Assembly (NCBI GenBank): GCA_004431415.1
Contig: QPMI01000428.1
Span: 310,001 to 374,000 of the forward strand
Direction: 5' to 3'
DNA from: Cyanophora paradoxa CCMP329
Taxonomy: Eukaryota; Plantae; Glaucophyta
DNA length: 64,000 bases
The position numbers were made by a program, and so were the translations under genes. Each line of letters starts with the position of its first letter. Position 1 is the first letter of the stretch. Positions 59,190 through 64,000 of this stretch are shown here, piece after piece. Under the pieces are notes generated by a model. The model ran no database searches. It saw only the letters and a program-made list of their open reading frames with translations, and had not been told where the DNA came from.

Positions 59190-61263
59190 TCAGCTGAACT
59201 CGAGGCAGGCGGACTGCCAGGCGGTGGCGACGCGGGGGACGTCGGAGGCCGAGATGCCCCCTACGGCCACGAGGCGCGGGCCCACGGCGGGGCAGGCGGC
59301 GGCGAAGGCCGGCAGGGCCGGCGCGGGGGCAACTCGGCGTCCCGCGCCGGCTCGAAGAGGGCGTCGAAGCCGCCGGCGACGTGCAGCGCGCCCAGAATGC
59401 CCCGCCCGCGACGAAGGCGGCCGCCGCGGCGCCCGCGCCGGGCCATGGGCGCCAGGGGCACCACCGCGGCTCGGGTCCGCGAGGTCGATCACGAGGAGGT
59501 CGGCGAGGGGCCCCGCCCCGTCGAAGCCGCCAGCGAGGAAGACGCGGCGCGTGCCCGGCTGGGCGGCCGCCGCCGCGTCGGAGCGCGGGGCGGGCAGGTC
59601 GGGCCCCGGTGCCCAGCTGTCGGTGAGGTAGCTGTAGACGTCCGTCGCGGCGGAGGGGGCGCCGGCGGGGTCGACCCCGCCGGCGAGGAGGACGGCGGAG
59701 GCGGAGGGGACGTGGGCGGCGGCGAGGCGGGCGCGGGGCCGCGGGAGCGGGGCCGGCATCACCGTCCAGCGGTCGGCGGCGAGATCGTAGGCCAGCACGC
59801 GGGGGTCGGGGCCCGCCGGCGAGAAGCCCCCGAACGAGAGGAGCAGAAAGTCGCCGCCGGCCTCGGCCGCGCGCAGGGCAGCCTCCCACACCTCCTCGGT
59901 CCCCGCGCCCCCTCCGCCGCCGCCTCGCCCCCGCCGCCGCGTGCAGCGCCGCCCGCTGCGCCGCCGACAGCCGGACGCACGCCGCCGCGCCGCCCACCCG
60001 CGTTGTCGGCGCCGCGCTGCCGGATCTGCGCAAGGTCAAATCGAATTAATATTGCATCGCGATCGGCTCGTACTCAAGGCTTGGCGCCCGGTTTAATTAA
60101 TGTGCACGTGGTTTCACAGCGCATATTGAGTGATATTCTTATATATATAATCGAGTCTCGTAGAGCATTGATTGAGAAGATCGTATGCAAATTGAATTAA
60201 ATTGTCATGAGAAGGTCTAGGCGGCGCGGGCCGGGCACCGCCAGGAGCCGGCCTCGAGGACGCGGACTGAGGCGACGGGCGCGTCGTGGAACCCAAAGGC
60301 AACCACTGCCACCTGCGAGCGCGTTTGTAATTGAATTTAAATATGTTGTTGAGGGGCGCGCGGCGCGGCGCGGCGCTAGCGCTCGTGCGCGCCTGCGCGT
60401 CGCCGTCGTCGAAGGCGCAGGCGGACGCGCCGGCGATGCCCGACGGCTCCACGAACGTGCCCCGCACCGCCCACGCCTCGCCCTCGGGGCCTGCCGCGGC
60501 CGGCGCAAGAATTCGAAGCGTCAAACAAACTCCTGGGGGCCGGCCGGCGCCGCGGGTCCTGAAGAGGGGGGGGGGGGGGGGGGGGGGGGGCGGCGAGGGG
60601 AGGGGGGGAAGAGAGAGGGGGGGGGGCGCACAGGCGGCAGCGGTCGTGTTGGCGACGCAGCCGGCGGGGCTGTGGGGCGCCCCGGCCAGGCAGCGCTCCC
60701 CCGCCGCGCAGTCCCGCAGCTCCCACTCGCCGCCCAGCCCTGCTGGCCATGGCCCCGGCCAGGGTGAGGACAGCTGAGCGTCGGGCGGGCGGGCGGTGCG
60801 CGCGTGCGCACCCCCGCGATCGGGGCAGGAGGCCTCAGTGGCGGGGCCGTCGCAGCGCGGGGCGGCGCCTGCGCGGCATGCCTCGCGGAAGGGCGGCTCG
60901 CACGAGCAGGCGCCCGACGCGGCGTCCTGTCGGCAGAGCAGGCCCGCGGGGCACTGCTCCCGCCGCCACCCCCCGGCGCCCGAGCTCCCCTCGCCTGCAG
61001 CTGACGCTCCATAGTTAATATCAAGAAACCGCCATCCGCGCCGCGATCCGCGCGCCGCACGGGGGCCGCGCACCGTGCCCCGCTGCGATCGGCACGCACG
61101 CTTCGATCGCATCGCACCTGCAGCGCACGTCTCCGACTGTGCACTGAAGCTGAGGCTGCTCGATCTCCGCGCCGGATGCTGCACATTCGACTGTACGTGT
61201 GCATGCGATGATCATGAGCGCCAGCTGCAGCATATGCATGCGCAGCTGCGCATGCAGCGACAT
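59190..61263 (-). CDS. Secreted Cys-rich, kelch-repeat protein (apparent frameshifts)
   Basis: Hydrophobic leader MLQLALMIIAC; Cys-rich repeats (CPAGLLC..CSC; CAAGERC); poly-Pro linker; kelch blades SFGGF..LAYDLAADRW..PLPRPR, LLAGG..VYSYLTDSW..LPAPR, FLAGGFDG, HVAGGF, VAVGG. Confidence 0.75.
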
Positions 61264-63526
61264 CCGTGGCCGGCCTTGAGCTCTGCATATAAGTATGTAT
61301 GTACTTATCATCGTATACGTATGCGTATTCTCAGAGTCTGCTTCTCATGATCATTGCAATTGCCTAAGCTTCGCATGCACGCAACACGGATGATCGGCTG
61401 TCCAGAAGACCTAGAGAGTCCGTTGTTGAGTCAGTGAGAGCCCCCGGGGCACGCTGAGACGGCTGAGCAGCATGCATATGCCAGCAGCTGCCACTGCCTC
61501 AGGCTGCCTGCCAGTGCAGCCTGCATCATGCTGCATGCGCAGTGCTGCTCGCGCGGCGGACAGCCGCGGACTCGCGCCGGCCGCGGCTGCCGCATCACTG
61601 AGTCATCGGCCCGCCGCGCCGCGGCGGCGCATGCGCATCCAGGATGATGCAGCAGTGCCCTGCGCATTTCGAATTCGATCGCGAATTGTGACTCGATGCC
61701 ATGATGATTCTGAAGGACTTGGGAACTTCGGAAGCTCACGCTTGTTGGCCGTGGCCCGTGCACGTGGGGCGCTGGCATGAGGGCTTCATGACTAGCCTAC
61801 CTAGCTAGACCTAGAGCCTCCACCGGTACCGGCCCTGCAGCGCGCGATTATGCAAAATTTATAGGCTAGCTAGCTAGCTGGCCCCGGCAAGCCAAATTAC
61901 GATTAATGTTATAATTAGGATTCAAACGTGCGCATGAATGCGCAAGCCTTAAAAATGAAATTGTAACTCCGTGACTCAGTGAGTCACCATTGACTCACCA
62001 ATGACTCACGAACGGTACTGCCGTACCCCCGGACTCCGGGACTCGCTTAGTTCGAATTCCGGGCAGTGTTGCCAAGTTGATTCTCTTATCATGATTCATG
62101 AGTGATTCATGGCCGCGGGCGCGGCGCGGCGCCGACGCCCCGCGGCCGCGGGGCCGGCGCGGGCCCCGCGGCCGCGGCCCGGCGGCGGGGCCGGCGCCGG
62201 CGCCCAGCTGCAGCGGCCGCTGGCGGCCCGCGCCGCGGCGCGCCGCGGGCCGGCGGCCGGCCGGCGCCGCGGGCGCCGGTGATCGCGATCACCGTGGCAC
62301 GGATCCCCGCACGATTCGCGATCGATCGCGCGTGCCGGCGGGCCCGGCGCCGGCGGGCCGCGGCCGCGGGCTCAATCGACGTACGCGTCGACCGGACCGG
62401 TACCGGTGGACGGCGGTGGTCTGGTAGTACCGGCCCGGGGCCGATCAGCTTCGAATTCGCATCGCCGAGTCGGAGCATGATCGGTTATACGCGTACGCGT
62501 AAATATGTATACGTAGCCCTACGTGTACGTACGGCGCACGCACGGCGCTCGGTAGAGCACGCGTACGCGTACGTACACGTTTAAAATTTTTAACGTATAC
62601 GCGCGCGTGCTGCAGTTGGCCGATGGCCATGGCTGAGGTACAGCTGCAGTTGCGCCGGCGACCAGCTCTGTATACAGCTCATGCCATGCATGTGATGATC
62701 GCAGATATGCTCATGATCGTGCGCGGGCTACTGCAGCTAAGTCTACGTATACGTATACGGATATGATCTTCGGAGGCTGATCTCTCGCGATCGGATCCCC
62801 GTTGTCGCAGTGCGTGTGCCGCACTCTTATACTCCAGGTCGCATGATCTTATACTCCAGCTAGCGCTGCAGGTCCAGATTACACCCCTAACGTTAACGCA
62901 GCGACGGATCATATTCACGATCAACACCTGACATATGCATCGATATCGAGGTCCGGCGCTCATAAGATTGCCTGAGGCCCAAGCCCGCGCGTAAGGCGGC
63001 TGGGCTGATTATGCAGGTTTCGAGCGACTGCCGTGCACACGTACACGAAATCTGATACGTATACGGAGAGCTGCCTGCGGCGGGGGCATGCGCACTGCGG
63101 CAGCTACAGGTTTGTGGCCCTACTCAACCATGACCGCTGCATGTTTGATTTCTTGCAGCTGGTCATGAGACTCATCGTGGAAGCAGCTAATATCATATGG
63201 CATCGATTCCACGAACCTCCAAGATCCGTCAAATATCATAAATGCACACGATCTCACATTCTTGTTCAGAGTGCTCTAGATCATGTGCGCTGACTTCTAA
63301 ATTTCGCTGCGCTTCAAACATCCTGTCCGTTTTTGGTGTTGACTTGCGCCAGTTAGCCCTGCAGCTGGTATCAACGATTGATTGCCCCTAAGTGCATATT
63401 TAATAAACTGACTTGAGCTTATTTTATTTCGGTGCTCTTTTTTCGTTCACTCGCGGTGTACATGTGTAACTGCACAAGTGCACGCCCCACTGACAATGAG
63501 TCGGCTCCGAAGAGTTCTAGATTTCG

Positions 63527-64000
63527 ATGGCGAGTAAGTCGCTTCGATTTCTGCTGGGTGCTGTCCTCGTCGCTTTTGCACTTGCAATTGGTGCGTCGCT
63601 CTTTATTTGTATATTTAAGCAGCGCACCTCGCGTGGGTGAAATTTAAATTATCGATATCCGCGCAGGCCTAGGGCCCGTGCCCGTGGCCGCGCAGGGACA
63701 ATCGCAAGTGCGGCAGTGCTCGAGCGTCGGCGCGGGCGACGAGCTGGCGCGGCTATGCGAGTGCAGCGCGCCGGGCGGGGCGGACTTCGTGCTGCGCGTC
63801 ACGGCAGCGACGAACGAGACGCTGCTGACGCGGACGGCCAAGGGACAGCTGCAGGCGATGGTCAACTTCGTCGCCTCCGGCAACGCCTCCGCCTCGGTCG
63901 CGGGACTCGAGATCCTGGCCGTCCTCACGGGCTCGGCCCCCGCCCCCAACGCCCGCCTCTGCGTCATGCTCCGACCCGCCGCCGGCGCCGGCGCCGCGCT
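63527..64000 (+). CDS. 5' part of a secreted or surface protein (runs off the window)
   Basis: MASKSLRFLLGAVLVAFALAIG|GT..CAG|LGPVPVAAQGQSQVRQCSSVGAGDELARLCEC.. open to the window end. Confidence 0.75.

Overview
Very GC-rich, intron-dense nuclear DNA from a unicellular eukaryote. The short introns have GTGCGC/GCGCGC-type donors and CGCAG acceptors, an architecture like that of a glaucophyte or green alga; the taxon cannot be fixed from sequence alone. Most long ORFs in the track are GC artefacts, and real genes appear only after manual splicing. Genes: a JmjN-JmjC-C5HC2 (KDM5/JARID-like) histone demethylase; an acidic hypothetical protein head-to-head with a cytidine deaminase; two ~8.3 kb head-to-head paralogous membrane hybrid histidine kinases (Cache-like sensor, HisKA, HATPase, two tandem receiver domains), separated by a hAT-type MITE; a ricin-B lectin protein; a putative GT-A glycosyltransferase; a very large IPT/Pmp-repeat beta-helix multi-TM surface protein; a secreted Cys-rich kelch protein; and the start of another secreted protein. 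Intergenic DNA contains TA-flanked MITEs, a foldback element, a 353 bp dispersed repeat and dense short palindromes. Three same-strand TSD-flanked insertions cluster at 18.6-20.8 kb, one of them a 40 nt piece of the U6 snRNA catalytic core. Exon boundaries and start codons were read by eye, and single-base slips in G/C homopolymers probably include sequencing errors.
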